A stretch of 64,000 bases of DNA from Octopus sinensis. Lineage: Eukaryota. The stretch spans positions 5,208,001 to 5,272,000 of the forward strand of contig NC_043015.1 in assembly GCF_006345805.1 (NCBI RefSeq), read 5' to 3'. The notes below the pieces were generated by a model. It was given only the letters and a program-made list of their open reading frames with translations. It searched no databases and had not been told where the DNA came from. The first letter of the stretch is position 1; each line of letters begins with the position of its first letter. The position numbers and the translations under genes were made by a program. Below, one piece after another: positions 50,401 to 62,560 of the stretch.

Positions 50401-51444
50401 ATTGCAGGCTGTCACAAAGGTGAGGGAGACAGTCGTCAGAGACTTTCTCTTTGCTGACGACTGCGTCCTTAATGCAATCGATGAGCAGGAGATGCAGCTC
50501 GAGATGGACAGGTTCTCATCAGCCTGTGACAACTTCGGTCTCACCATCAGTGCAAAGAAAACCGAAGTGATGTTTCAGCCAGCCCCCGGCAAACAATACC
50601 ATGAGCCTCAGATAAGGGTGAACGGACGGATCCTCCGAGTGGTGGAAAACTTCACCTACCTGGGCAGCACTCTCTCCTGCAATGCCAACATAGATGCTGA
50701 AACCATCAACAGAATCTCCAAGGCAAGCAGCGCGTTTGGGAGACTGCGAAAGAAAGTCTGGGAGCGGAGAGGAATCAGCCTCAACACCAAGCTGAAAGTC
50801 TACCGGGCAGTCGTGGCTTACCACCCTACTATACGGCTGCGAGACGTGGACTGCTTACCGAAGGCACGAGCGCCAGATAAACCACTTCCATCTCAGGTGT
50901 CTTCGGAATCTCCTTCACATCCGCTGGCAGGACAAAGTCCCAGACACGGAAGTTCTGAAGCAGGCAGATCTCCCTAGCACATCACAATCATGCGCAAGGC
51001 CCAGCTGAGATGGGCGGGCCACGTCTCCCGCATGTCTGACACTCGCATCCCAAAACAGCTCTTCTACGGTGAACTCGGCCAGGGCAGGCGCAAAGTCGGA
51101 GGGCAGAAAAAGCGCTACAAGGATAGTCTCAAGGTCTCTCTCAAAGACTTCTCCATCGGAACAGAGACCTGGGAGACACTTGCTGCCAACCGCTCATCCT
51201 GGCGCAGCGCAATCACCGTGGGAGCAGGGACAGCCGAGGAGGGACGGATTCGGTCAGCGGGAGCAGAAACGTCAGATGCGTAAAGTCAGAGCCGCCTGCA
51301 CCAGTAGCACTGCCCCTACCCACTTCTGCCCCACCTGTGGGAGGGGCTTCCTTGCCCGGATTGGCCTCACCAGCCACCTCCGGTCTCATGGCGGCAGTTC
51401 CATCAGATGATGTCAGTTGGTCATCTTCGAACCGAAGGACGAAC
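47480..51444 (+). mobile_element. RTE-clade (BovB-like) non-LTR retrotransposon, near full length
   Basis: GC-rich island with a long 5' UTR, a single broken ORF (APE endonuclease, RT, C-terminal CCHH) and a short 3' UTR ending ggtcatcttcgaaccgaaggacgaac. The 5' boundary is approximate and no TSD was seen. Confidence 0.93.
48044..51410 (+). pseudogene. RTE ORF: AP endonuclease plus reverse transcriptase, multiply frameshifted
   Basis: ATWNVRTL, IAALSETR, (G)DFNARVG, IDYVIVR, SDHRL-like TDHRL, PESQCGFRAGRGTTDMIF, FVDLTKAFDTV, GVRQGCVLA, FLFADD (FADD at 50450-50461), FTYLGS, QLRWAGHV and CPTCGRGFLARIGLTSHLRSH. Confidence 0.95.
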
Positions 51445-51971
51445 ATTATTATAATCGATTTCTCCACTCCTCAAAATTGCTCCAAAATAAGAAAATAATT
51501 AGAATATTACTATTTCGTGGGATATATTTGCGGCAACAATCGTGTATGTGTGCATGCGTGTCAGTGTGCGAGTAAAAATGCATGAAAATTCTAACTCCAT
51601 GTCTAAAATATTGTATCAGCAAATTATTATCATATATTGAAACGTATAATATTTTTTTTAATGTACGGGCTGGAGGACTTGGTCAAACGTTGTAGGAAAA
51701 TTATTAAAAATTGTTAAGTGCATGAGGATTATGATAACGCTGCTGGGAGGGATAAACCGTAAGTTCTGGTTTTTCTTTTAACACTAGGCACATGGCCTGA
51801 AATGTTAGGGAAAGGACTAACAAATTGCATTGAAAGAAGTAAATGACTGGGGCATATTTTATCTATCCTGAAAAGATGAAAGTCAAAATTTGACCGCGTT
51901 TGCATTAAAACTCACATCTAGAGTCAGAAGCAATGCTGTTAAACATCCTGCTAGCGCGTCGTCTTATGTAT

Positions 51972-53128
51972 AACTAGCAGCATAGGCCGGCGTTGCCCGG
52001 GTATGTAAGAGCCCCTAGTAGGCAACGACTAATCCCAATCTAGTCCTTTCCCTCTAGGGAACGAAGGCACATGTGTAGGTTGCAATGTCTTCTCTTCACT
52101 CCCAAATAACTATCAAACAGCTATCGATAATTCAACCCAACCAATACCTACTAGGAAGAAATTACATTCGAGACTTTACTCCCACTTCTGCTAATAGCTG
52201 CTGCAGCCGCAAGTTATTCGAATACTTTTTTTTGTTTAAACTTTCTTTATAACTACCACCCCAAACGTTTTACCTTACATTTTTGACGTACCCTAAGGAT
52301 CCTCCGACGCTACTTGCAAACACTTGGTTTATTATAAACTGCTTTTGTCGTGTGCACCAAAAAACCTTTTCCATTCGTTTGTTCAGTTTGGTCACTTTTG
52401 ACTTTTTCGTTGTCACTCACATTTCTGCCCGTTTTTTTTTTGCCGTTTTTGTACATTTTTATATATTTTGGGGTACTTACCCCACGTGTTCCGAGAGTTA
52501 AAAAGGTCGAGTTGCGTCCCCAAGACAGTCTGTGGTTTGTCTTTAATACACAAATCGGTTTGCTATGTGTGCCACATATGATTTAATTAACCGATTTTTT
52601 CCAGTAATAAAGTATCCTATTGGAATAAAAAGGGCCATATAGCCCCTTGGAGCAGACATGATGCTCGCTGTGAATTTTTAAAAAAATTCCAGCCAATTTG
52701 TGAAAGATATTGTCGAAAATACGTCATCTTGAATTTAAACGCGATTTCCCAAAATGGCATGATTTTATCGATTTTTTCTGATGGTAAGGTATTGCATGGA
52801 AAACTAACGTCAGAATTAAGTTTCTTAGGGTAACATTAAGCTTCACCATGAGTTTGGTGAAAATCGATTGCAAGTTGCGAAAACTACAACAGAAAATGTG
52901 TTGCATATAAAAAGCTTAGATTCTCGACCCCATGTCGAATTTATCGATTTTTTTCAGAACTGGGGGAGCTTTTTAAAATTTTCGCCACGTTAGTTTTGAA
53001 TTATGACATTGGACTATGTGTGTGTCAAGTTTCATCAGAATCGGTTGAAAGCCGTGGTCAGGGTGAGGGTACAACCTGACAGACACATACACACACACAC
53101 AGAGTCAAACTGCCGTTTATATTGAGAT
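51972..53128 (+). mobile_element. Non-autonomous Helentron/HINE(DINE-1)-like element
   Basis: 5' ACTAG..ccggcgttgcccggg subterminal motif; 3' aagtttcatcagaatcggttg, then a (GACA/CA)n tract, then aaactgccgtttatattgagat, resembling HINE/DINE-1 termini. Confidence 0.55.
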
Positions 53129-53159
53129 GATAATAATAATAATAATAAATGATAATAAT

Positions 53160-53332
53160 GGTACCTAGGACTATTAATATGATAAACGACCACAACGGTC
53201 ACAGCGATGGACAATATAGAGAAACAATCCTATATTTATATATTGGTGTTTACGTACTCAATTTATGACTTCCATTACTTTATGTCGCATTTAGAGGCAA
53301 TGTTTACAATGAATCATTAGTTTTTGTTTAAA
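53160..53332 (-). repeat. Inverted partner of 45531-45703
   Basis: Direct reverse-complement match over ~173 bp with few substitutions. Confidence 0.9.
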
Positions 53333-53585
53333 TAAACAAAAAATATATACGCAAAGTAATTAGTTGTATCTACTAAATTTATACGCTTTCTCAAAGCGTG
53401 TCATGCCTATAACGTTATAAATTTCATTGCAAAGTGTGATAATAGAATGTTTCACAATATAATCTTCAGCAATAAATTAGGGATAGACCTTTATACTGAT
53501 GATGTAATGGATTCGGTCGTCTGTCGGGTATAGAAACAACAGTACATCACACATATGAACAAACACAAACTTATGCATATATATA

Positions 53586-53618
<33 letters not shown>

Positions 53619-53654
53619 CAATAATATGTTACATTTTGTTATCTTACCGTTTAA

Positions 53655-53696
<42 letters not shown>

Positions 53697-54859
53697 ATAT
53701 ATATATCATCATTGTTCGACCGTGGTCGAGACAATGGAACTTACCATGGTACGCCAGACTTCACAGTCCATTATAGCATTACGGAGGTCCTGTTGCTGGA
53801 AGCCTGTATCTCTGGAGATTGTGTGTGTGAGTGTGTGTGTGCGTGCGTGCGTGTGTATGTATATGTGTGTGTATACATATATATTCTGTAATGTCCTGTC
53901 TTCCAAATCAACTCAGAAATCTTTGGTCGACCCGGCACTCTACAAAATACAGTTATCCAATTTGTCACGTACCTTGATTGAACGCAGGGCCATGTCATTG
54001 AGAAGCAAGCTTCTCAAAACACGTGTACTTACAAGCATGTCCTTTATTCCTTGTGCATGCGAGTGTATGTATGTAAGTATAGCGGGGCACGTACACCCTT
54101 GTGCTCACCTTACAGTAGGTATGTATCTAAATTTAGAACGACACTTATCTATCTTTTATTCCTCCTCTCATTTTTCTTCCTTTCTCTCACTCCCGCTCTC
54201 TTACATTGCTTCGCCCTCTTTCTTCAATTCCCGCTATTTCCCACTCGTTTATTACCCCTGCATCTTTCCCTATATCTCTGATTTTTTTTCTAATCCTTCT
54301 ATCCCACTGCCCGCTACTTTTTTCTCCTCTTTCCACATGACCGATGTGCAGCCAGCCATGATCTTTCTTCCTCGGCCTGACTCCCGACTGTCAACACGTC
54401 TTGTGTCCATCTCACATGTTCCTGCCTTTAGATCTTTCACTCAATACTCGTCAGATAAATTTGAATTATTCTCAGTCGAAAGACGCCTGTTGTTATTTCT
54501 TGTTGTTTGTATTTTTAATTCTTTACCATGTTTTCTTTTTGTCTTTGTTGCCGTACACATTCGCTAGGTTTCTTACAAATAGGTCCACAGCTCTTAGCTT
54601 AGATATTTTTTCTTGACTCAAAAAAGAAGGCCAAGAACGACCCGTCTTTTTTGCCTGTCCTTCTAATTGCTGTTTCTCTTGTCCCCCTTTGTGTCGTCTA
54701 TCTGCCCGAACGTTTTAATGCTCTCTATTGCGTTTTTGGTCCATTTACACACATACACATATATATATATATATGTGTATGTGTGTGTTTGTGTGTGTGT
54801 TTGTGTGTGTATGTGTGTGAGTGTGTGTGAGTGTGTGTGCGTGCGCGCGTATGTGTGTA

Positions 54860-55015
54860 AAGGTTCACTCCTACGACGGTGAGGGACCCAGCTGAGAGGA
54901 CTGGAACAACGGGAAATAGAGTGTCTTACTCAAGGACACAACGCGTTACCGAGAATTGAACTTACTACCTTACAATCGTGAGTCGAATGCCCTAACCACT
55001 AACCACGCGCCTTCA
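54860..55015 (-). mobile_element. tRNA-derived SINE fragment
   Basis: Reverse complement: gaaggcgcgtggttagtggttagggcattcgactcacgattgtaagg...gttcaattctcgg. Confidence 0.7.
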
Positions 55016-55061
55016 AATATATTTTTTTCGTTAACTCTTCCTATATATGTGTGTGTGTATG

Positions 55062-55107
<46 letters not shown>

Positions 55108-56067
55108 GGCTTAGATTTCCCTTGGCGGGCTGGCCATATCGGAGCAATCTCAAGATTAATCAGCCGAAATTGCTAAGATGATCTGGTTCTTGACTGATGA
55201 CTGAGGGCTTCGAATGTCCCGTCCTGTGGTTCTTGTGTCGTCTCTGTGGTGTTTCATGTTCTTGTCCATGTCTGTAATTATTTTTACTGTTTACCTATAT
55301 AATCGGCGGCTACGTATCCACAATTGTCCTTATACGATAAGTATATTTTTTCTCTAGCATTGATACGACTCTTAATCTGTCTCTTTCTCTCTCTCTCTCC
55401 TCCCTTATTCCCCTTCCTTTCTTTCCCTCTCCATCCGTCTCCCCCCCTTCTACGTTTCTCTATCTCTCTCACCTCCAGCCCCCTCGATCTGTCTCTTTCT
55501 TCTCCTCCCTCATCCACCTTCTCTCTCTTTTCATCTGTCCCTTTCTCCTGTCTTTTGTTCTCACGTGATCGCTAGCCGCTGTTGAGCGCTCTTTTCGTTT
55601 CAGCAGTCGCAGAAGCAACACGTATTTGTTCGTCTCCGCGCGGCCATTAGGCACAACTTCACAAGCCAGCCCCATACTCAACTCGTCCTGTCGAAAGACC
55701 CTTGTCCTACGTCCTGGTTTTGTTTTGTTGTTTATTTTTTATTTTTACCGTTATTGTTTTTACGTTTTTGTATTCTTATTGGTGTCACGTATTCTGTATT
55801 TTTGTTTGTGTACTTCGTTCGTTTTCCGTCCTCGCGTTGTATACATTCGAAGCTTTCTTCCAGGGGATCTAATGCGCTTGGCTTAGATTTCCCTTGGCGG
55901 GCTGGCCATATCGGAGCAATCTCAAGATTAATCAGCCGAAATTGCTAAGATGATCTGGTTCTTGACTGATGACTGAGGGCTTCGAATGTCCCGTCCTGTG
56001 GTTCTTGTGTCGTCTCTGTGGTGTTTCATGTTCTTGTCCATGTCTGTAATTATTTTTACTGTTTACC
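55108..56067 (+). mobile_element. Non-coding element with 188-bp identical direct terminal repeats (pLTR-like partial tandem, 772-bp period), flanked by (TA)n
   Basis: ggcttagatttcccttggcggg...tttttactgtttacc at 55108-55295 and 55880-56067; TA tracts at both ends. Confidence 0.8.
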
Positions 56068-56094
56068 TATATATATATATACTTTACTATTTTA

Positions 56095-56262
56095 CTTGTT
56101 TCAGTTTCCGTCTACCAAATCCGTCTACCAAATCCACCCACAAGGCTTTGGTTGGCCCGAGGCTATAGTAGAAGACACTTGCCGAAGGTGCCACGCAGTG
56201 GGACCGAACCCGGAACCATGTGGTTCGTAAGCAAGCTACTTACCACAGTGCTACTCCTACGC
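56095..56262 (-). mobile_element. tRNA-headed SINE fragment (family C head)
   Basis: ttcagtttccgtctaccaaatcc...aaggctttggttggcccgaggctatagtagaagacacttgcc...gggaccgaacccggaaccatgtgg. Confidence 0.8.
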
Positions 56263-56280
56263 CTATATATATATATAAAT

Positions 56281-56387
<107 letters not shown>

Positions 56388-56855
56388 TGTATGTATTTCT
56401 ATCAAATTCTGCGCTCTGTTTCCATATTTCAACAATTGTGGATACACTCTACTAACTTACAATATTACGCCACAGTGCTAATTCATTTCACGGTATATTT
56501 ATTATCTTATATCTCTCATTCCTTTATACGAATGATTCCTTTTACAACATAATTGCTGAACCAGGAGAAAACCTCCGCCCTCCAATATTTATAAGTGCAG
56601 GTATAAATTTATTCTCCGGCTGGAATATTTCAGGTTTCTCTCTTTCATTGCATATATATAGACTGATAGAAAACCTATCACGTTTGTAAGTAGTGTATAT
56701 GGTTTCGTACAAGCATATAAGTATAATCATGGGAATATGTATGAAGGTTTATTTATATATGCATATGTGTGTGTGTGTGTGACTGTGTGTATATACATAT
56801 AGTATGTATGCATATATACATATGCATACACGTATTTATAGCATGTATATGGAAC

Positions 56856-56888
<33 letters not shown>

Positions 56889-56898
56889 TACATACATC

Positions 56899-56940
<42 letters not shown>

Positions 56941-56949
56941 TATATATAG

Positions 56950-57018
<69 letters not shown>

Positions 57019-57079
57019 ATATAGTGTTAGTAATACCAGCGATTATAATTATTTTTATTTTATCGCAATTTGATTTGTT

Positions 57080-57180
<101 letters not shown>

Positions 57181-58088
57181 TGTGTATATATTTAGAAAGC
57201 TTTAGTGACAACCGGTGGAAGGAGATTTCATTGTAACATGCTTTGATATGTTCCGTCCTTATAATATATTAGATGTCAGCTGAAGATGATGCAAAATCCC
57301 ATTAGCACGAAAAGTTGAATAGTTTGTTTTACAATGCGTAGTTGTTAGAAACATTCTCTATTGGAATCCTCTCATCAATCGACTCATTCGTGTATAGTCC
57401 CTACGGTATCGGTTAGAATAGTTTCCTTGTAGATTAGAACGAAGTTATTTCAATCACCACCTTGGCTCTTATATCACTCTGATATTTCCGCCAAGTGCGT
57501 GTCAATGTGAATCTGTAATATTTATGAATTACTTAAAAGGAGAGAATTGAGCTTTCTTTTACGCAAACGGCAGGCTGAATGAGCTGCCTCGTTCGTATGT
57601 ATTAACAATACTTGTAAAGGTTTCAAATTCTCGATATCGGCCTTCCATTAAAATCTATTGTCACCCCTTTAACACCGAAAATATTAATAACACCAATACT
57701 ACCTGGAGCTGCCAAATCTATCATAGTATTCGACAATGATTCCCTTTTGTTCATTTTACCCGTCAATACATTCTTATGTGCCCCGGTTGCCTACCGTAGA
57801 CTCATTGATTATACATTGTTCATTCTGCACGCAACTGAATCCATTCAAAAGTTATTATCACGCTTCTCTTCTAGGAAGTCTATTTCGGCAAATAACGCGC
57901 CTTTTATTTTATAGTATATTGTTAAGTTGATCGGTATTTCTCTCCCTATTCTTATTCTTATTTTCTCTCTATTACACATTATTGCATTTCATAAAATAGA
58001 AAGTACGTATCTAAACGATTATAACCAAACATGGACATGCAAAACTGCGTGCCAGAATATATCGCATATACTTTTACACATACGCGCG

Positions 58089-58089
<1 letters not shown>

Positions 58090-58179
<90 letters not shown>

Positions 58180-58240
58180 GGATAGATAGATGGATAGATA
58201 TAGATAGATATATAGACAGACAGACAGCTAGCTAGCTAGC

Positions 58241-58333
<93 letters not shown>

Positions 58334-58394
58334 GGATAGATAGATGGATAGATATAGATAGATATATAGACAGACAGACAGCTAGCTAGCTAGC

Positions 58395-58445
<51 letters not shown>

Positions 58446-58726
58446 ATAGATAGACAGATAGATATATGGAAATATAGATAGATAGATACATTGAGAGAAA
58501 GAAAGAAAGAAAGAAAGAAAGAAGGAAAGACATAGATAGACAGATAGATAGATAGACAGATAGATAGATTGACAGGCAGGCACACTAACAGAAATATAGA
58601 TAGCTAGCTAGCAAGCTAGATAGATTGACATAAAGAAAGTAAGAAAGAAAGAAAACAGAAACTTAGATAGATAGAGAGATAGACAGACAGACAGACAGAC
58701 AGATAGCTAGCTAGCTAGATAGATAG

Positions 58727-58757
<31 letters not shown>

Positions 58758-58779
58758 AAGAGAGAGAGAGAGAGAGAGA

Positions 58780-58830
<51 letters not shown>
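58090..58830. repeat. Compound (GATA)n/(GACA)n/(GCTA)n/(GAAA)n/(GA)n array with a higher-order duplication
   Basis: The block gatggatagatagatggatagatatagatagatatatagacagacagacagctagctagctagc occurs at ~58177 and ~58331. Confidence 0.95.
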
Positions 58831-58832
<2 letters not shown>

Positions 58833-59441
58833 TTAGTCACAATGAGGATATTCAAACTTTTTATAGCGATATTTATCCAAGTTACACTGGTTTAATATAT
58901 TGAATTTTGAAGAGAAAATCCTCCAGTGAATATATTATATAGAATATCGTAAGATCTCAGGCATTTTTATCGAGTTAGAAGCAAAGGGCTCTAATGAATA
59001 CAAAATGATATGTTAATTAATCAACATGTCAATCAACAATTGTTTGATCTCTCAAATAATGAAAAAAAACATTTACAAAGGACATCTAAAAATATGCTTT
59101 CGCATTTTAAATACCTTATAAGGAAAATCATCAGGACAATAATTAATGCATTAGGATACTTTCGGAATATACATTGTATATCAACATGTTTACAATGCAC
59201 GTATATATAGGTGTGTGTTAGTGTGTGTCTACGCATGCGTAATTTTGTTTCCATTTAGTTCAATTTAATAACAGTGATATTAATATGGATTGAATAAAAT
59301 ATGAATAACTTAATGAATAACAGAAAGTAAGAGTTAACGAAAATGAAAATAAAAATAAAATTTCTGTTCATGGAATGAAATAAAGTAAAAGTGAAACAAA
59401 ATGTATTCCTATGTTTATACAAGTACACACACACACGCACA

Positions 59442-59544
<103 letters not shown>

Positions 59545-59569
59545 GTTCGTCGATCTTTTCAAGCCTAGC

Positions 59570-59736
59570 CAGGCTTATGGGCACAGTTTCTAGGTTTCTG
59601 TGGTATATATGATCCCCTCAGCAGGACGGGACGCCAGTCCGTCGAAACGTTACTAAAGAAACAGGAAGAGAGAATGAGAGAAAGTTGTGCCGAAAGAGGA
59701 CAACAGGTCGCCACCACCACCTTCCGAAGCCTCCAC
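59570..59736 (-). mobile_element. Family A SINE 3' fragment
   Basis: Reverse complement: cacaactttctctcattctctcttcctg...cggactggcgtcccgtcc...gaaacctagaaactgtgccc. Confidence 0.7.
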
Positions 59737-59893
59737 ACACACACACAGAGATACACACACATACGCACACACGCACACACATATACACACACACACAAAC
59801 ACACACACACATACACACATATATATATATTACACGGATAATTTTATAAAGAAAATTAGTGTTTAGTTTTACAAATTATATTGAATTGGAACA

Positions 59894-59935
59894 ATCGTAC
59901 TGACGAGTCTACGGACGAAAACATTACGTAAGTAA
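59894..59935 (+). ncRNA. Hammerhead core motif without a clear stem I
   Basis: CUGACGA GUC-UACG-GAC GAAA at 59900-59920 (3-bp stem II with a UNCG-type loop), followed by the near-palindrome ACAUUACGUAA-GU. Confidence 0.4.
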
Positions 59936-60123
59936 TTATCGGTAATAGAAGAGACCGATCTACAATCAATTCTTGATTTTTATATATTTTCATCTGTCTT
60001 ACCCGCTTTTGGTCTGGGGTTTGCTGAATTTCTCTAGAGAACATTATTTTATTTGTAGTTAGATCGTATGTGATCTTCTTGCATATTTGTTATCCACCTA
60101 GTGGTTATCCCTAAATATACATA

Positions 60124-60192
<69 letters not shown>

Positions 60193-60536
60193 TAAACGTT
60201 TATTAATGCTTTTGCTTCGGAATTTTTGTATGTGTGAAGGCATATATATATACAAATGTGTGTATATCTTTTAGTCCTAAGTTATTATATTGGTGTTTAG
60301 GTATGCATTTATTATGGTGAGAAATTAATTAAATAATTATTACTCTATATTTAGCTACAAAGGTATATTTAACACTTTTGTTTGCTCATGTTCCTATGCT
60401 TAAACACGTGTATGTTTGTGTATGCGTATATACCATCTATACATATGTATATATATATATATATATATATAATAAATATATATATATATGTATATATGTA
60501 TATATATATATATCCACATATATACACACACACACT

Positions 60537-60640
<104 letters not shown>

Positions 60641-61504
60641 CATGATTGCTTTTGCGTGAGTATATTTATATATTTCGTGGTAAAGGTATTTCATTGTATC
60701 TTAAGCGTATATGCATATTATTGAAAGATTATCAAAGCAATTATTTTAATGATTATATTTATTACTAGTTATTGATTTATAGGATCATATAGTCATACAT
60801 TTAGATGTATGTTGAGATTTTGTACTTAACAGTCAGATGTGGGCTTACTGTATACATTTATGACTATTACGTGGATTTATTTGGTGTATTACCTAATCAA
60901 AATTGATTTCATTAAAATGTATAATGTTACACAGCTAATTAATAGTGGTCAATACACATTTATTATTACAATCATCATTAAACTGATCGTTAACTATTGC
61001 ATAATTTAACGTAATATAGTATGTTATTTATGATTCTACTATGGTAAGTTCGTAAGTACTGTTATACTAAACCATATTAATTGTACTTAAATTTTAATTC
61101 ATATCTTCCAAAAATTTGTATTGAAGTCACATTATCTTAATTGGTTACTTAGTGGATGTCAGCACTCAGTATTAGTGTTATTAAATAACATTAAGTAATA
61201 CGTAATATTACAATTATTAAGTATGTGTTTAAATATTACTTACTGTAAAGTAAAATGCTAATATCATTGTACGTTTAATGTCTATGCTTGGATTTACAAA
61301 CTCGTTATAGTCTCTGATAGACAGTAAATGTTCATGTTCTCTATTGTTATTGAAATGAAATATAATCTTTTCTACTCTAGGCACAACGCCCGGAATTTTG
61401 GGACCCCGAAACGTTGTAAGGCAAAATTGTTCAAAGATACCCTGCTGTCATAAACTGTGGAATTCTTTTGCTTCCGTGAAAAAAGTTTTCTTCGTTGTGT
61501 AATC

Positions 61505-62275
61505 ATCATTTAATGGTAAATTATTCTTTGTTCCTGCTGCTGTGTTCCTAACTCAACTGGAGTACCGGTTGGCCGGAATTTAATTTATGACAAAGCTATT
61601 GCTGTGATTTGAACTATCACAGTGTAAAGACCTGTCGTCTTCTGAACTGTTTTTTTCTCATTTCCTTTTATCTTTTCTGTAATTATGTTTTTTAGTTTTG
61701 AGCTTTTTTCTAACTGATACATTTTTTTCGGATTTTGTTTTTAATTCTTTACTTTTCATAATATCCGTTGAAATTTTTGTTGAACTATTAAGATAATTTT
61801 ATAAAAAAAATACAGCATGGTGACAAAGAATGTCATTGTTCACTTTTAAATTTTATTATTTTGGTGGGCGGAACCTCTAACGCCATAAACATTTGAATTC
61901 TTCTTGCTGCGGTAGTAAAACGAAATTTTCCAAGTTGTGTATTTACCATTTAATGGTAAATTATTTTTTGTTCCTATTACTGTGTTCCCGATTTAACTGG
62001 AGTACCTTTTTTGGAAAATACAAGGGCCAGGAGTACCAGTTGGCCGGAATTTAATTTTTGAAGAATCTGTTGCAGTGATTTGAACTATCGCAGTGCAAAG
62101 AACTGTCGTTGTGCTGAACTGTTTCTTTTTTTCATTTCTGTTTTTCTTTTCTGTCTTTGTTTTATCTCTTGTCGTCTTTCTAACTTTTTTTTAAATTTTA
62201 TTTTTTAATTTCATATGATTTGCTGAACTATTAAGAGACCTTTTTTAAAAAAATGCATGGCGAAAAAGAATGTCT
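61505..62275 (+). repeat. Diverged ~440-bp tandem duplication
   Basis: catttaatggtaaattatt.tttgttcct at ~61507 and ~61948; both copies end gcatgg.ga.aaagaatgtc. Confidence 0.8.
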
Positions 62276-62329
62276 TGGAGTAGGAGATTATCTCACCAAA
62301 ATAATGGATTAAACAGCAAGAGGAAAAGG

Positions 62330-62560
62330 CGGTGGTATTGAGAACATATTCGAAGATTCCCGACGTCATCGCTGTGCTCAGCAAAGAAGTAGTAGAAAAA
62401 GATTTGAAGGACTATCTACCAAATGTAAAATTTATTGCACGGGGTGTCAGATATGCAACGGTTTGATTGCTATCTGATACCTCTGAGGAGGCTCGCATTT
62501 TTGTGAGCCAGCCCATGGAGGATAATATAATTATTGTGGGAAGAAACAGACGCGGGTTTG
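62330..62560 (+). pseudogene. Possible decayed ORF1 of an L1/Tx1-like retroelement
   Basis: Frame VLRTYSKIPDVIAVLSKEVVEKDLKDYLPNVKFIARGVRYATV*LLSDTSEEAR looks protein-like and follows a repeated 5' region. No diagnostic motif. Confidence 0.3.

Noticed and set aside
53626-54567. 313-aa ORF, the longest in the track
   Set aside because: Runs through (TA)n and (TG)n tracts, repeat fragments and a pyrimidine-rich stretch, with no domain signature.
55190-55225. CUGAUGA...GAAU...GUC as a hammerhead in the 772-bp family
   Set aside because: CUGAUGA appears to come from a local gactga duplication, GAAA is missing, and stems I and II do not pair.
57278-57325. CUGAAGA...GCAC GAAA motif
   Set aside because: Stem II is out of register and there is no helix III or stem I; compatible with chance.
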